Shown here piece by piece: positions 14,259 to 31,653 of a DNA stretch of 64,000 nt. The translations under genes and the position numbers were made by a program. The stretch is from Eledone cirrhosa (lineage: Eukaryota): the NCBI GenBank assembly GCA_964016885.1, contig OZ024749.1, positions 47,058,001 through 47,122,000 on the forward strand, given 5' to 3'. The notes under the pieces are model-generated. The model had not been told where the DNA came from, ran no database searches, and was given only the letters and a program-made list of their open reading frames with translations. The stretch's first letter is position 1; each line of letters starts with the position of its first letter.

Positions 14259-14400
14259 CTTTACTCTGTTTTCCGTTTATCTTTCACCGAAAGTGATTTT
14301 TCAATGCATCTCTTCTTTTCATGATATCCGGATTACATTGAGTTCTTCATACGGATTGGACACTACCGGAAACTTTTGGTAGATTTATCTACATATATGC

Positions 14401-14470
<70 letters not shown>

Positions 14471-14520
14471 TATTATATATATATATATATATATATGCAT
14501 ATATATATATATATATATGC

Positions 14521-14663
<143 letters not shown>

Positions 14664-14701
14664 TATATATATATATAAAATGTATATATATATATATATA
14701 T

Positions 14702-15506
<805 letters not shown>

Positions 15507-16502
15507 TGTAAAATATTTTCATATGTCAAATAATGAAAAATGAAGTGTAACTATGCAATAACCGCAAATTAACATTTATTTCATAATCACCAAATACTGT
15601 AGCCATAAGGCGGTCGTGCTAAGCCTAATATAGAACATTTATTTTATATTAACCGCCAGTATACTCGTTTGAAGAGCACGTTGTATATTCGACCTAAAAT
15701 GATACTATTTCATAACATCTTTCTGGATAAATATACATCAATATAACGCCTTCATATATAAATACAAGGTCTGGGAAAATTGCTGCGAATCGCATACCGT
15801 TGTCTTTCAATTCTCTGTCATTTTAATCAGATTAAAATAGGTGGTGATATCTAGTATATTTAGCATTTAGTTACACTCAATAAATGCATAAAAGTGATAT
15901 CATTACAACCTACTTGCCATTCGTTCAGTTATAATATGCTGCCTAACTTCGATAGCTGATCATTCATGCAACTCGCGAATCCTCTGTACACATGTTAAAG
16001 TTACCTAGCCTAGCAATCATATTGTAGATGAACAACTATATCGACAGCAGTGCTACATCTTTGTTATTATTGCCTCCATATTTTGGTTGTTATTGTAACT
16101 AGAGTTTATTATAAAATATGATGTTCAAAGTGATGTGTCTTCTGTTTTGCCACCCATGTGTTGCTTATTAATAAACAAAGTTGGAATAATTTAAGTTCCA
16201 AGAACAGTGATGTGATATAGAATACAATGACCCTTGTATTAGATTTACAATATATGTTTTATTAGATTATCTTTTGTTTCACTCGTGTATTCGGTTTTTG
16301 ATGTATGTTATTTGAAGAATTCCGTTGTAAAATTGTTCTATTTTGTTGTTTAGTTTTCTTTTCCTCGATTGTAGGAAAATCGGCAATAATCATATGAACT
16401 TCTGATACTGGGAAATAAGCAATGATTATTGGGGGGAGAATAACAACAAAGATTGTTAAGGTGAATGTTGCTGATACTGATTGCGATTTATGAGAGCGAT
16501 TA

Positions 16503-16514
16503 CGACTACTACTG

Positions 16515-16580
<66 letters not shown>

Positions 16581-16676
16581 TTACTAATACTACTGGTGCT
16601 GATGCTACTGCTGCTGCTGCTACTACTACTACTGTTGCTACTACTACTAATACTACTACTACTACTACTATTGCTG

Positions 16677-16754
<78 letters not shown>

Positions 16755-16776
16755 ATACTGCTACTACTAATACTAC

Positions 16777-16869
<93 letters not shown>

Positions 16870-16870
16870 G
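16503..16870. repeat. (CTA)n microsatellite
   Basis: Read directly from the sequence. Confidence 0.95.
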
Positions 16871-17187
16871 AATGTGTATCTTTAAAGCTCCCATTGATGT
16901 TCACTGAACACAGGAAAATATCCATAAATACCTTCCATTTATATTATTCTGGGAACAAAATTACTTCTGTGATACCAATGTCATGCCTATTACGATATGC
17001 GAATCGATATCAACAATCGAAATGTATGAGGTAATAAAATGATACACTTCTCAGGGGTTTAAACCACATTAGAAAAAAATACATGAAAACATAATTAAAT
17101 AACAAACTAGAAACGTATAGTGGAGGTGCAGTTACCATTGTTGTGGCTGTTGTTGATGTTCTTCTTTATCTTCTTCTTCTTCTTCTT

Positions 17188-17218
<31 letters not shown>

Positions 17219-17271
17219 TTATTATTATTATAATTATTATTAAAAATATTATCATTATTATTATTATTATT

Positions 17272-17403
17272 ACATCCTCTGTTTCTTGGGGTTGTTTTAA
17301 CGTAGAAATGCCCTTTTGTACCGTCCTGTATTGTCGTGTACTGTCCTTAATGTCTACTTTATGTAAACCCTTGTGGTTAATAAAGAAAGCATTATTATTA
17401 TTA

Positions 17404-17470
<67 letters not shown>
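17272..17470 (+). mobile_element. Probable LINE 3' UTR remnant with AATAAA and (ATT)n tail
   Basis: tgtaaacccttgtggttAATAAAgaaagc immediately followed by (ATT)n; family not identified. Confidence 0.35.
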
Positions 17471-17475
<5 letters not shown>

Positions 17476-17743
17476 TTTATTTATGTAATCGTTTATTTTT
17501 TTTCCTTATTTAATAGTTTATGCTTTGTCTTGTGCGTCAACATATTCAGATGTCTTTGATATGTAATACATTTTCCCTAGCAATGTTTCTAGTGAAGAAC
17601 ACTGCATGGCATTGCGTCATTTAAATTCCGGATATCAGGCTAATGCCATTTTCCCACCAATAGCACGGATAAAAGGAATTGCCATGAATTATTATATGAC
17701 AACCAATCCGTGTTGTAAATCTAATTTACATCTCTCTATCCCT

Positions 17744-17791
<48 letters not shown>

Positions 17792-18165
17792 GTGTGTCTG
17801 TGTGTGTGTGCGTATTTCTCAGAATCATATCAACGAATCAACAATAGATTCACCTTTACTTCCCTGTGGAATTCAACTACGGTAAACTCTCGTTGTAACG
17901 AGCAAATGAAACACGATTCTAGAAATTATTTTTATTTTAATCCTACCGATTCCTGGCCAGTCGTTCTATGTATATCTTTTCCTGCCAGATTCACTAGGAC
18001 TATAAATCCATTCGTTTTAACTGAGCGAATGTGCAGCGTCAATAACAGATTACAGCCTCCAAAATATAAAATATTACTGTAATCAAAAATAACTCAACTT
18101 AGTAGCGCGAAATCACCCCATGAAACTTACATGAACAGAAATTCCCGCTATCCATATATATATAT

Positions 18166-18288
<123 letters not shown>

Positions 18289-19397
18289 GTATTGTGGAGC
18301 CTTAATATATGTATATATTTATTTAATTATTATAACACATACTACTTACATGTGTAAGTGTTTGTGTACATGCGTGCGTTTGATTGGAAATGTGTTTGGA
18401 AGTTTGATTGGAGAAGACATCTCTTTATGAGAGCTTAGAAAGTCAAAATTTAAAGACGTTGAGTGTAGAATTAACATATTATATACACACGAAGACAAAT
18501 CCTAAGCACTTTTGATATTCCTTGTAAACTTTGTTTCCAATGGCTTGTATCTGCATATGAATTTGGTATTAGGCGGCTGAACAAGTTTTAGACAGAATAA
18601 GTTTGTTGATGTTAAGAACGGTACTAGTATAGCGGCGAAATGTAAATGAATAGTTTAGATATTAGCTCTTCAAGATTATAGAAACATTTAACAATATTTC
18701 CAGACTGTTTTTCATTTTATGCAAATAAAGAATACTCGACAGCGTTTGATAATAATTATACTCTGCAGCTGCAAAAAACATAACTACTAATTCGCTACAT
18801 TCACAACAGTATATACATAGACAATATTGGGGTCATGTAATATAACCAGGAACTTTGCAAATTTTATGAATTTATAAACAAGCTGACATCTGGCATATAT
18901 AAAGGGGAGAGATAGATATATATAGAAATATAGAGAGATGTATTCAAATTGTGAGCTGTACGCAACGTATACCGACATCTGCTTTATAAGAACTAAAACA
19001 TGATAACGTTATGGATTATGTTACTCGTGCGGAATAGTGTGGTAGTTTCTTCTTTCTGTGTTTTTGAGCATACGGTCATTGGTATGGTTATATAATTATT
19101 TTTTCGTTCTCCATTTATTAATTTACATTTTTTTTTCTTTCATATAATCAGTCTATTTTCATTGTTTTTTATTAGTTTTTGTACTTTGTCCATTATTTTC
19201 TGTTTGCCTTTCTTTCAAACCTACTAATCTAATTAGAATACTTGATTCATGTATTTATATTTTTATTAAAATCAAATCTTTGTCGAAATCGTGACTTTCA
19301 GTTACGAATAAGTAAACCAAAATCCAAAATAACTGTCATTGTTGTGTATTTAAATTCCCAACAGATTATATACAGTTTTCATGCATAGGCACGTGTG

Positions 19398-19478
<81 letters not shown>

Positions 19479-19484
19479 ATATAT

Positions 19485-19646
19485 AAGTATGTACACGTAC
19501 ATATATATATGTATACATACGTGCAATAGTATGTATATATATATACATACATGCACACATATATATATGTCCGTATGGATTCACCGAACATTTATTATAA
19601 TGCTCGGTGTGTTTGTAAACAAACATCCCGTATTAAGCCGTAGTGT
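19485..19646 (-). mobile_element. Partial family A copy
   Basis: accgaacatttattataatgctcgg...tttgtaaac...aaacatcccg matches 3514-3580; lies between (TA)n tracts. Confidence 0.65.
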
Positions 19647-19666
19647 CTATATATATAGTATATATA

Positions 19667-19750
<84 letters not shown>

Positions 19751-21457
19751 GGGAGAGAGAGATATATATAGAAATATAGAGAGATGGATAAAGATTGATG
19801 GAGAGATATATGTATCGATGCACGAATTTGTCCATGTGTTGTTCAGTATAGTGAGAATGTGTGTACAAGTTTTATGCTTAAACGTAATTCTGTAAGCCAA
19901 TGCGGAAAACGCGTAGTCAAATATAATAAATATAGACCGTCACGAGCAAGGAATGTTTCTGTATCTTCAAGCGTTTAGCTCGCAGAAAAGCACACTACAT
20001 TGTTGTAGCATGTTTCATACATAGAAAGGATTATGATATTTATTATAGGTGCAGACATATCGAACCCCGTAGCACCCGATGGGGATATTTCTTACTCGTG
20101 CTGTTTTTAAGTGTCCTCACTATATTTTATAAGCTGCTTTATAGCTTCATCACGCATGCACACGCCACTCTTTTTTTTAAATATGTATTTTGTTCTTCTT
20201 CATTTCCTTATTTGAGGAAATAAGATAATGGTGTGGTCGATAACAATGTTGAAGCAATCCAAACCTAAACATTTTTAATCTGTAATTACAGAGACTTTTA
20301 AAGGGTCTAGAATGTATGCTTATAGATAATAACATTATTTATAATGTATCTTCTTCAACACCTATTTCCTCAATATATCGTTTCGTATACTTACATTTCT
20401 CTAACTTCCTTAGTGAATGGTATTTCTTTTGGAATGTCCACACAGAATATTCCCATAAGTATCTAATATCCTCTTCATTTCTTGTGAATATATACATAAA
20501 ATATTTTCTACATTTTATCTTGTGGCTTTATGCGATGGCACTTTCAAGATTTATTTTGTTTTCCCATTCGTATATATAAGGAAATTGGTTATCTAACAAC
20601 AAATTATTGATCATGTGTGTATATTTCATTTTAAATTCATAAATACACTGTATTAGATGCACCTACATAGGCTTACGTAATGTTCTACTCCTCCAGAATA
20701 GTAAAATGTTTATTAAATCGATATAGTTAAAGAATATCGTTTTCAATATAACAAGGTATCAGATGTGTACATATTGTTTTCTACTACATTTGAATAATAT
20801 ATTTAAAACGATAACTTAAGAAACACTTTTCATAATATAACGATATTGTTTAACGTAACGTGGATCATTTACATCCAAAATGTTCTAGTGTTATCCAAAT
20901 ATCATTTGTCATTTAAAAGGTAACAAATTACTAATTTCAATTTAATCATTTCCAGTATCTAATACTCAATGCTTTTATAGGTAACATAACAGGGAATATT
21001 ACACATACGTCCTAATTACTTCATCTAAATTTCAACAAATATAACACGATATAATATAAAGATCATTGAAATTAAAATTCATAAACATATATGAAAATAA
21101 TCTTAGCCTAAGTCGGGTAGTGAGCGTCATAACCAATCCATTTCACTAAGACCAAAACATGTATTAGTATATCGTACATACATTATATATTTCATATCAA
21201 CATGTTAAAACATGGAATTGCTTGCTACCATGTATGTAGCATTGACAAACCTACTGCAAATTATTATGGTTATATTGCGTATAAACTAACTCGAAGGCAG
21301 ACGCATTATTTCCTTTTTTTATACGATACGTCTATCCGTAATATGCAATGGATATACATATAGAAACAAAAACAGGCAGGAAATGCATGACACACATACA
21401 GGTAGAATAGGCATCAGAGTCACAAGTATACAAACACACAAGTATACATACACACAG

Positions 21458-21650
<193 letters not shown>

Positions 21651-22631
21651 TATATACAGAAAACGAGCGAGAGAGAGGTTGGTAGATGTAGATATGTAGT
21701 CTGAATACAAGAGACGCGAGTCTTTGGAAATACTTGTGAAAACATTTGATGTGAATAAAAATGTTTTTTTCAACATGCATCGGTTGTAAAGTATTGGCTA
21801 CTCCTCGTAGTTCTGTTTTCCATTAAGATTTCTGGATTACAATCACAGCACTTAAATAAGAATGATATAGTGTAGTGTTTGTGACATTTTCGAGTCACAT
21901 GTACGGCATTGGCTATGCTCAGCAATTTAATTGATATTGTTTTCATGCGCAGGGATGCTCTTAATGCGTAATTCAATAGGCGATGCCAGGTAATGCTATG
22001 TCATTTATGCAAAACGAAGTACATCATTGCAAATAGTTCTTCGTAACTTCTACAAAAGGAAAACTTTGAAAAACGTTCGAGAAAGACGTTTCCAGTGTTG
22101 CTTCTTTAGGTGAAATGTTCTGTGAGATAATTTCATAAATGAGATGGACAATATAATGCATATCTTCTATATCTTTTGCGAATGGGTGTGTGGCTGTGCA
22201 TGAATATATGTGTATGCGTATGCGTGGATATATAAATGCTGCTTATAGAAACAAATATATCCATCGATAGGAATACTGTGATATACTTACCTTACTCTAA
22301 GGACAATGAACTAGAGTATAAAATGGGAAAGCATGATTCATTCTCCAGTTGCATATAATGTATATATGTACTATAAATTCTTTTCAAAATGGATTTAACG
22401 TTAACTGTGAAATAATAACCACTATTACCCAACACTGTTATATGTATATAATGTTGAGAACGTCTTACTGAAATATTCATTGTGATGTTCTATACTACAT
22501 TTAGCATTAACTGAGACTTAAAGGTTTTTTTTTTCTATATGGGCTTTACTGCTTTATATCTCCTTAAGACGCCCCTAATTCTGCTTAATATAGATTTCTT
22601 TATACATCTAGCTATCAATAACATATAAGGA

Positions 22632-22820
22632 AGGGTGGTGTATTGGCAGTATCCGTAGAGGGTTCGACCCCATTCTTTGCATCATATAGTTATGGCTATT
22701 TATGATCTGATTTCAAATGCCGCCGAGGTTAACTTTGACTTTCATCCATACGGGATCGATACAATAAAGTACCAGTCAGGCACCCCAAAATCAATGACCA
22801 TGTGCCTATATAAGAAACCA
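22632..22820 (+). mobile_element. tRNA-headed SINE, diverged
   Basis: gggtggtgtattggcagtatc...ttcaaatgccgccgaggttaactttg...aaagtaccagt...agaaacc. Confidence 0.8.
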
Positions 22821-23041
22821 ATAACATATAAGCATATAGTCACTCACTTACTAACATATATTCATAAAGTTATACACATACACACACAGACACACATACA
22901 CACACAACGCACACATAAACACACACACACATATGTGGGGGCTATATTTTTATATATAAAATAGGCATGCTTAACAGTCAAGCTGAAACCGCTTGTCTAC
23001 TTGGTCAGAACGTTACATATCTTTCTTTCACTCTCTCACCA

Positions 23042-23090
<49 letters not shown>

Positions 23091-23092
<2 letters not shown>

Positions 23093-23277
23093 TGTTTCTA
23101 CTTTTGGCACAAGGCCAGCAATTATCCAATGCATTACTGGTACTTTATTTTATCGACCCCGTAAGGATGAAAGGCAAAGTCAACCTCGGCGGAATTTGAA
23201 CTCAGATCGTAAAGGGACGTAACTATGCTGGAAAGCATGGCGTCCGACCCTCTACCGATACTGCCAATCCACCGCCC
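23091..23277 (-). mobile_element. tRNA-headed SINE, full length, (TTA)n tail
   Basis: A-box-like tggcagtatcgg and B box gagttcaaattcc on minus; tail at 23049-23092. Confidence 0.9.
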
Positions 23278-24263
23278 TGTTATAATAATAATAATAATGA
23301 TACTATTTATAGTTATGTATATACTATAAACAACTATAAACAGGAAAAGTCAGCAATGTATTACTAACTTATTACAAGGAAGAGAAATAGCTCAATGCAA
23401 GAAAATTGCGTGTTTTTCAGAGCCGGAATATAAATTACTTCCTCAATGCCTCTTTAATTATTAGACTATTCCCTTGTATTATCTGTTCCATGCATTCCAC
23501 TCTAATAATTTGAATTATTGTACAATTATCGTATAATATATGTCGCATCCATTCCACCCTGTAAATACGAAACTGTTGATCACAATATCAATATATATGT
23601 ATCTATATGATTGTTCAGTTGAATAGGAGGTTAATTATATCTACAAACATTACTAATGCTCCGATGACTCCAAACGAAAGTTTGGAAGAAATGATTGTCA
23701 GCAATAACATTATTTGAAAATAACTTTGATAATTATGTAATTTATATATATATATATATACACACATATTTGATTAAAACATGGTTATTGTACTGAAATA
23801 TATGCTTTGAGTTATTAAATTGAGTGTTTAAGTGTTGTCTTTGTCACTATATTTCCGACTACATTTTCGAACATAGTCATATATTATTTTTTATTGATTT
23901 TTAGGACAGCGTTAACTTATTCATGGTAAGCGTTTAAAAGCATTTTTAAACTTACAATTCATGACAATCTAAAGATTAGTCTAATAACCACGCCACATGA
24001 GTTTGTGAAGAGAGGTTTGTATAGTCGTATAGTTTGTTTGGGAAAGCTCAAAAGTATAGTTGTATGAGCTCTTGGAACTGGTCTTACTGTTCTGCTTATA
24101 ACATTTATAGATGATGCCTTACCTGTATTTCTAAAATACCTTAATGCTTAAAGATGTTGTGGGCCTGGATCAACATTAATAATGGAGTGTCTATATGTTG
24201 AGCTGGATCTAGATCGTATGTCAATTGAAATATATGTATATATATATATGTACACACACACTC

Positions 24264-24326
<63 letters not shown>

Positions 24327-24513
24327 TATATATATATATATATTCATATATATATATATATATATGTGTGTATATAGTATATATCCACATAATTTGGTAG
24401 GATATTAGCGAGAGGAATCTTTGTGTAATTACTTTCCTGGTTATTCTACCTTCTTTTTGTACACACATATATGTGATCATTTTATATCTCTTTACAATCC
24501 TTCCCCCTCCGCT

Positions 24514-24569
<56 letters not shown>

Positions 24570-25459
24570 ATATATATACATATATATATATATATACAAA
24601 TGTATATTTGTATGCATGTGTGTGTGTGGGGTGGGAGAGAGAGAGAGAGAGAGAGAGATTGAGATGGAGAGAGTGAAAAAGAGTGAGAGTTTCAACTGAC
24701 TACTCATATCTCAATACTATTGTAATTTTTGGCAGCAAATGTAAATTTGAATACCCATAACTTTACGTATGTGTTCGTTTCGGCTCCTAACTTTCTTTTT
24801 ACATCCTTTTAATTTTATATGTCAACTTCTACTACAGCTACTACTACTGAATAAGTTGATGATGATGATGTTCACAAAGATAACAATAATAAAATGTAAC
24901 ACAATAAAAAAAAATAATAAAGTTGCTAATAATAATGATAATAATAATACTACAAATAATAATGCTTTTACTGCAGTTCTTTGCAAAAAAGGAATAGCCT
25001 CTTGCTGTTTTTACATTTGATTTTACCTTATATAGAGAGAATACCATAGATATTAGTCACGATTGCTGTACAATATAAAGATACAATTAAACGTATAGCA
25101 TTGCACGGCATGAATAGCTTCAAAAGAATAAAAGCCTGTTTTTTTATGTATCTTGCATCTCAGCAGATAATATTTAAATAATAGTAAGGCACAGTAAAGG
25201 ATACTTTGTGTTCAGATATTATGCAGAGAAAATATTTTGGTTATATTCCTTATAATTTTTTTCCATTCGAAATACCATCATAAATTTCAAAGCCAAATAT
25301 AGAAATGTATGCAATGTACACCCGAATCTTTAAATACAATCTGAATATGAAGCAGACATTTTAAATACATCCATATACACAATGGTATGTTCTTGTTATC
25401 TATCGCTGTATTGCCTTTTCATAAGTATATACTCACATAAGCACAGAAAAACAGTAAAC

Positions 25460-25481
25460 ACACGCACACATATACACACAT

Positions 25482-25575
<94 letters not shown>

Positions 25576-25582
25576 CTATTTA

Positions 25583-25613
<31 letters not shown>

Positions 25614-25636
25614 ATGTATATATATATATATATATG
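25460..25636. repeat. Compound (CA)n(TCTA)n(TA)n microsatellite
   Basis: Read directly from the sequence. Confidence 0.95.
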
Positions 25637-26259
25637 CATGTGTGTATTTATGATAGTATATGTTTATACATACGTGTATGTGTTTTATTTGAATGTATCA
25701 ATTGTAATAGAAATTAATATACTCAAATATGGCAGCGATTTTTTTCGATACAACTCTTGAACGGACCGTTTGAGAAACATTAACATTTATTATAGCACTA
25801 AATAATTCATAAATATTTAGATGACTTATAATAGTAACTGTAACCAATAAACAGTGGACACTAAATTGCAGTTATATATAATATAGTAAATGTATATAGC
25901 ATCGGACATAATATCGCGTTTTGGGGATTTATAGTATAAGAATACAGTTTGTAATGCAGTAATCAACGGGTAGTAAAATAAGTAATCACTAGCAGAAACC
26001 ACTGATAAACTGCATACCACTCACGTATATAAATTGACAAGGATAAAGCCGAAATGTTCGTGTTTTCTAAGGGGCTTCTTTACATTTAAGATTTATACAG
26101 ATGTAAGCATTGAATATCACATTAAGATTGACAAACAAACACGTCAAATATATTTTTTATTATGTTGACATAAAGTTCCATTATGTATATACCTCTGAAA
26201 TATGTGTTCTAATGTGAATGCGTATAAGTAAGAGTTTTAAGTCAATGTGTGTGTAATTA

Positions 26260-26339
<80 letters not shown>

Positions 26340-26419
26340 TTAGAAAGTGAGGTTTTTTTTACAAAATGAAAAATAACCGAGGTGTCCTACACGAGTGGAA
26401 GTATAAAGAAAAAGGGATG

Positions 26420-26490
<71 letters not shown>

Positions 26491-27904
26491 AGGAGATGAG
26501 TGGAGTTGGTTTGGATCGAATTATTAATAGGCACGTGGAAGAACACAGAACGAAATACTTTTAAAATTAGCGACATTGATATACCACATATAAAAAATAA
26601 ATTCTCTTCGGAAATAAATACTGTAGGAAGTATATACTGCTTTTATTGTTTCCTAAATATATTTTGAATGTGCCTCTAGGATTATCTAATCGCTTGATGC
26701 CGATAAACTTAGGTTTGTATTCCAAAATGTTTAACTACTGTGAGCTTGCATCTCCTTTTCACTGTCTGCCCCCTATTACCTATGAATTGTTCATTCAAGT
26801 TGAGACATGCATCCTCTCAAATTCCAAATTAATATATATATATATATATAATAATTATCCCATAAGCCCTTGTGGTGTCGTAGAGGCACCGTTATAGAGT
26901 GGGTCTAGGACACATTTAAATCTGAACACACCCGATTTTTTCGATAGATGAAGAGTAGGCCCCACTACTGGACTGGTACTTTTGCTATATACATATATAT
27001 ATTTATATATATATATATTGACATAGACTTCTTGCTAGTGGCTATATTGACAGCATGGTATTCCCAACGCATACAAATATATGTATACACATACATACAC
27101 ACACATACACAAATATACATTATCATATAAACGTATTTTAAATGCATGCCTTTGTCCACAATTTAATTCACAATGTATATTTCCGTTTATACTTTTTCTC
27201 TATGTATCCACCCACTTCTACGGCATTGTACTTAAATTAGTAAATTATGTATGACATCACGGGATACGTATTCATATAAATCCCATTTAACTTTAAAAGA
27301 ATTAAACGAAAACTTTATTATCGGTTAGACTGTTTACAAATGCATATCTGGTGTTACACCTTCTGAAAGACATTTCAGATTCACCCCCATATTTCCTGTT
27401 AGCATTCATATTCGATGTTTTCTAAAATAAGTAAACATAACTTACACTAGATTATTAAAATGTTATGTATTGAGGAGCGCATAGATATTTATTGGAATAG
27501 GAATTTGCTCCTGTCTTAGGTCAAATCCATCCCAATAATATTGAGAAAGTGATCCGTGGATTTTAAACGCCGGGAATCATCACGGTCACAGACGTATAGA
27601 CCGTTTTATTGCTAAGGGGCCGAGATACCGTCAGCTAGCATTCTTCAGTTTTGCCGAAAAAAATCTGGGCCTGTCGTTGAATGCACTATTCTACAACAAT
27701 TGTAAGTTCTAACAATTGTAATACGTGTTTAACTACTGTAATGGAGTTAATAATACAGGGATTTAAGAGGATAATTATTAGTTGGGAGACCTAAATCATC
27801 GACAAAAGGCGTGTGTAGGGGAATGTTAAATCTGGCGGAGCCCACCTATCTCCTGGTCAGAACACGCTTTTTTCTATAGAAGGAGAAGCGACCAAAGTAA
27901 TGGA

Positions 27905-28028
27905 CATCGACAGATTCAAAGGCAAAGTTAATCCAGGTGGGATTTTAACTCACATCGCGCAATAAGGTGGGATGTATCCCGTAAAGCATTCTACCCGACC
28001 TCATGACGGCTCTGCCAATTCGCTGCCG
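27905..28028 (-). mobile_element. Old degenerate SINE
   Basis: aaaggcaaagttaa...gggattttaactca...ctgccaattcgctgcc. Confidence 0.55.
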
Positions 28029-28727
28029 TGGTTTCAACGCATGTAAATACTCAAATCTATACATAACTACCACATAAGTAAATAGCTTTCGCACTAATTT
28101 GAAGTGAAGCATTTATTATACTTTGCACATTATGATATTTATTGTCCTTGCCATAGCATTTGGATTACGTAAAGTTCCCACAACATTTTATTGTATAATT
28201 TTAGGAAGAAATGGTGAATAATATGATACGGACGTATGAAGATGTGCATTAAATTATATTATAATATCGTTCCAATATGCAGTATATGAACTACGTTAAT
28301 ACACGCAATACATATGTGGATATGTTAAACCGAATGATATAATAGGTTTCGCATGTCAGTGCGTATAAATTTAATGGGAATGTTAGTCGCGCCACATAAT
28401 ATTCTATGTTATAATCGGTCTTCAATCATACTTGAATTAATATATGTTAGAATATGGCTAATGTTTTAGTTCAAACACATCTTAAACAATATATATTTCA
28501 AGCGCTCCAAATAAGATGTCATTTTTGTTAGAGTCACAAGAACAATCAGTTTCAATGATTGACCTCCTTCATTGCAGAGATCTTTGAAAAACATTTACAG
28601 TTTCCTAAATATTTCAGTATCTGCTTCATTATATCTATGTCAGATATATACATTTATCAATTACATAATCGATAACCTATTTTACTTCGCATGAATTTAA
28701 GTGTGTATCTTTATTACACACACACAC

Positions 28728-28774
<47 letters not shown>

Positions 28775-29731
28775 CACACACACACATACATATATACATA
28801 CATATATACATTCTTATATATATTTGTGCATGTGTATATATTGAAATATATATACAGTTTATGTGTGTGTGTGTGTGTGTACAAATAAATACATATATGT
28901 ATATATGAATATATATATAACCTAAATCACTTCGTATGAATCTAAACGATTAACATTAATACATAACTATGTATACATGTGTGCGTGGATGTGTCTGAGT
29001 GTGAATGTGTAGGTATGTGTGTGTGCGTGCGTGGATGTGGATATGTTTGTGAATGCGTCTGTGTCTGAGTATGTGCTTGTATTTCTGCATAGGAATTGGT
29101 GCCGAGTGAAAAAAATGCCAATAATATTTTAAATTCTACTGATACTATATATACATTTTCTTTGAAGTAAGGCATTTGCTATTCTTTATTATATCGACTT
29201 GAAAGTTTCAATTATTCAAATCTAATTACCTTTTCTTCCAGTAATCGAAATAAAACTGTCAAAACTAGGATGATTCTCTGTAAAAATTATTTCTCATACA
29301 ACTATATAGACATCACTTTTTAATTCTTCATGAATGATTTTATATGCTTTTGCTTTGCTTTACATTGCATCGATTTGTTAGATGTAAAGGTGGTTTGTCT
29401 CGAGAACATTTTTTTAAATAGAAAAATATTCAAGGTTGCTATGAAATAGGTCTAGAAATAGACCTCTTAAATCTTTCCCAAATATTACCACGGTTGTCAA
29501 TTTTCTGAATATTATGTAGAAATATTTCGCAAATATTCAATAAGCTATTTATAATATGAATAATGTTGCCATCGTTGACAAGGAAAAAATTCGTTATTCA
29601 TTCATCATTGCACAAGTAATATTGGCATCTTGGCATGTGTAGTAAGAGGAAAATAAGATAGATATCATTCGAAGCAGAGACAAGAGGTAGGTTTCACTAG
29701 TATTAAAAGGAAACACACGCACACCTCTCCT

Positions 29732-29782
<51 letters not shown>

Positions 29783-29819
29783 TATATCTCTCTCTCTCTT
29801 TCCATCTCTCTCTCTCTAC

Positions 29820-29882
<63 letters not shown>

Positions 29883-31615
29883 TAGTAAGTGTCCCGTGTT
29901 TATTGGTCTCATGCATTTGAATATTCGATTTCAGATAATTTCTGAAACGTGCAGTCAATTATGGAGTGGGAAAAAAAAAGCTTTCGTCGCACTTCTATGA
30001 CCTTTTTATTTACATATCCATTCTGCATCTGCATAATTGACGGATGGGAATTTATGAACATTGGTATATTTGTTTCTTTTTATTATTTTATATTTCTTAT
30101 TTTGTTTCAAATTGTGTGGCTTTCTTCAATATATCTTTTGCCATATTTATCACAAATATTATAAATCATTTCTAAAATATGTTGTATATACATCTCAGAC
30201 TAGAGGTAAATTTGTTTTCATAAAAGGAAACTTTACAAACAAAAAGGCACAAACACATAAAAAGGAGTTCATTCTTCTTCAACAATGCATTGGTACAATG
30301 TAATGCTTCAGGCATCATATCTATCTAAAAGTTAATTTTCGATTCACTATATTTAATATATTTGTACATGGACTATCTTTTTATATCATAATGTCCATAA
30401 CCATGCAGCTTTCAGATACTAAATTTCATTAAAATTTATCGCGTGTTAATTTCCATAATCAGTTCGGTAACCTATTAAAATGACTTCCTGTGATAGTGAA
30501 ACCAGTTATGTATACGTGTACACACAAAGAGACACACTCATACAGTCTATTATACTTGGTATAATTCAGAATATTTTTTAGCAAATCTTTTTTATACGAC
30601 GCTCCCGAGATTCTACCTATCAAGGACTCTAAAAATGTTTACAATTAACTCTAATATTTGGATATTTGATTTTGTTCTGATGCAAGAGCATAATGCCTTT
30701 GTTACATGCTGTATATTTTAATAAAAACAAATAGAAACATAATAAGACTGAATATAGCATTAACATTCACCGAATTATAGAAAAAAAATACATCATCATG
30801 TACGGAATCTTTGGAAACAGTCATATTATCTTTAAATAAATATATATAAAAATATCAGAGTGCAATAATATTTCATTAGATATACTCGTATCCGAAGCGC
30901 TAAAAGTAATTACGGGAATATAACATTATAGATAATGAATGAGACATGCATACTCATTACATAGTTTAAGTTAGATTACAAAATTTAAAGAAGTAAAATA
31001 TAGAAACATAAACAAATAAATCACACCTTATAAAAATAAAAAAATAAAAATATATGATTGACAGATTAATAAAACATTAGGCACATATTCGTAATGTCAA
31101 ACGATTTTTGTTTTTCTTATTTGAAGAGTAAAGTAAGAATGATAAGGGATATCTCGAGATAAATGTTGAGTGAAAAACATTCATAAATAGAGATATGTTA
31201 AAACAAAGACAGAAAGTGAGATTTTAAATATATTTAGAAACGATGAAATATATTGTGAGTATGAGATGTATTGGGAAATGATAGGAGTTAGTGTATGAAG
31301 ATTTGCATGTAAATATTGAAGCATTAACCAAATATTTGACAATATAAATGGGTGATAGGGAGATGAATAATATAAGCAGAGAATGAGGAAGTACAAAATA
31401 TTGCTATAAACGTAAGTGAGGAAATCTGACTATAAGCCATTAAATAATTTCTGATGGGTGAATAATGAAAGAAACACAATGATGCATTAAGCATGCACTA
31501 ACACGCGAACATGCTTGGACTATATAGCACTGCAGCGGGATAAACATAGAATTGCATGTGTTCGGTCAACTGATCAATGTCGTAATGAATTAGCATATAA
31601 ATGAAATACACACAC

Positions 31616-31653
<38 letters not shown>

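Noticed and set aside
16262-16907. Poly-S/T/L ORFs resembling mucins or membrane proteins
   Set aside because: Different frames of a (CTA)n microsatellite.
27545-27700. Locally GC-richer stretch as a possible exon (also 45408-45575 and 31880-32140)
   Set aside because: No convincing ORF, splice-site pair or recognisable peptide. Small exons cannot be excluded without transcript data.
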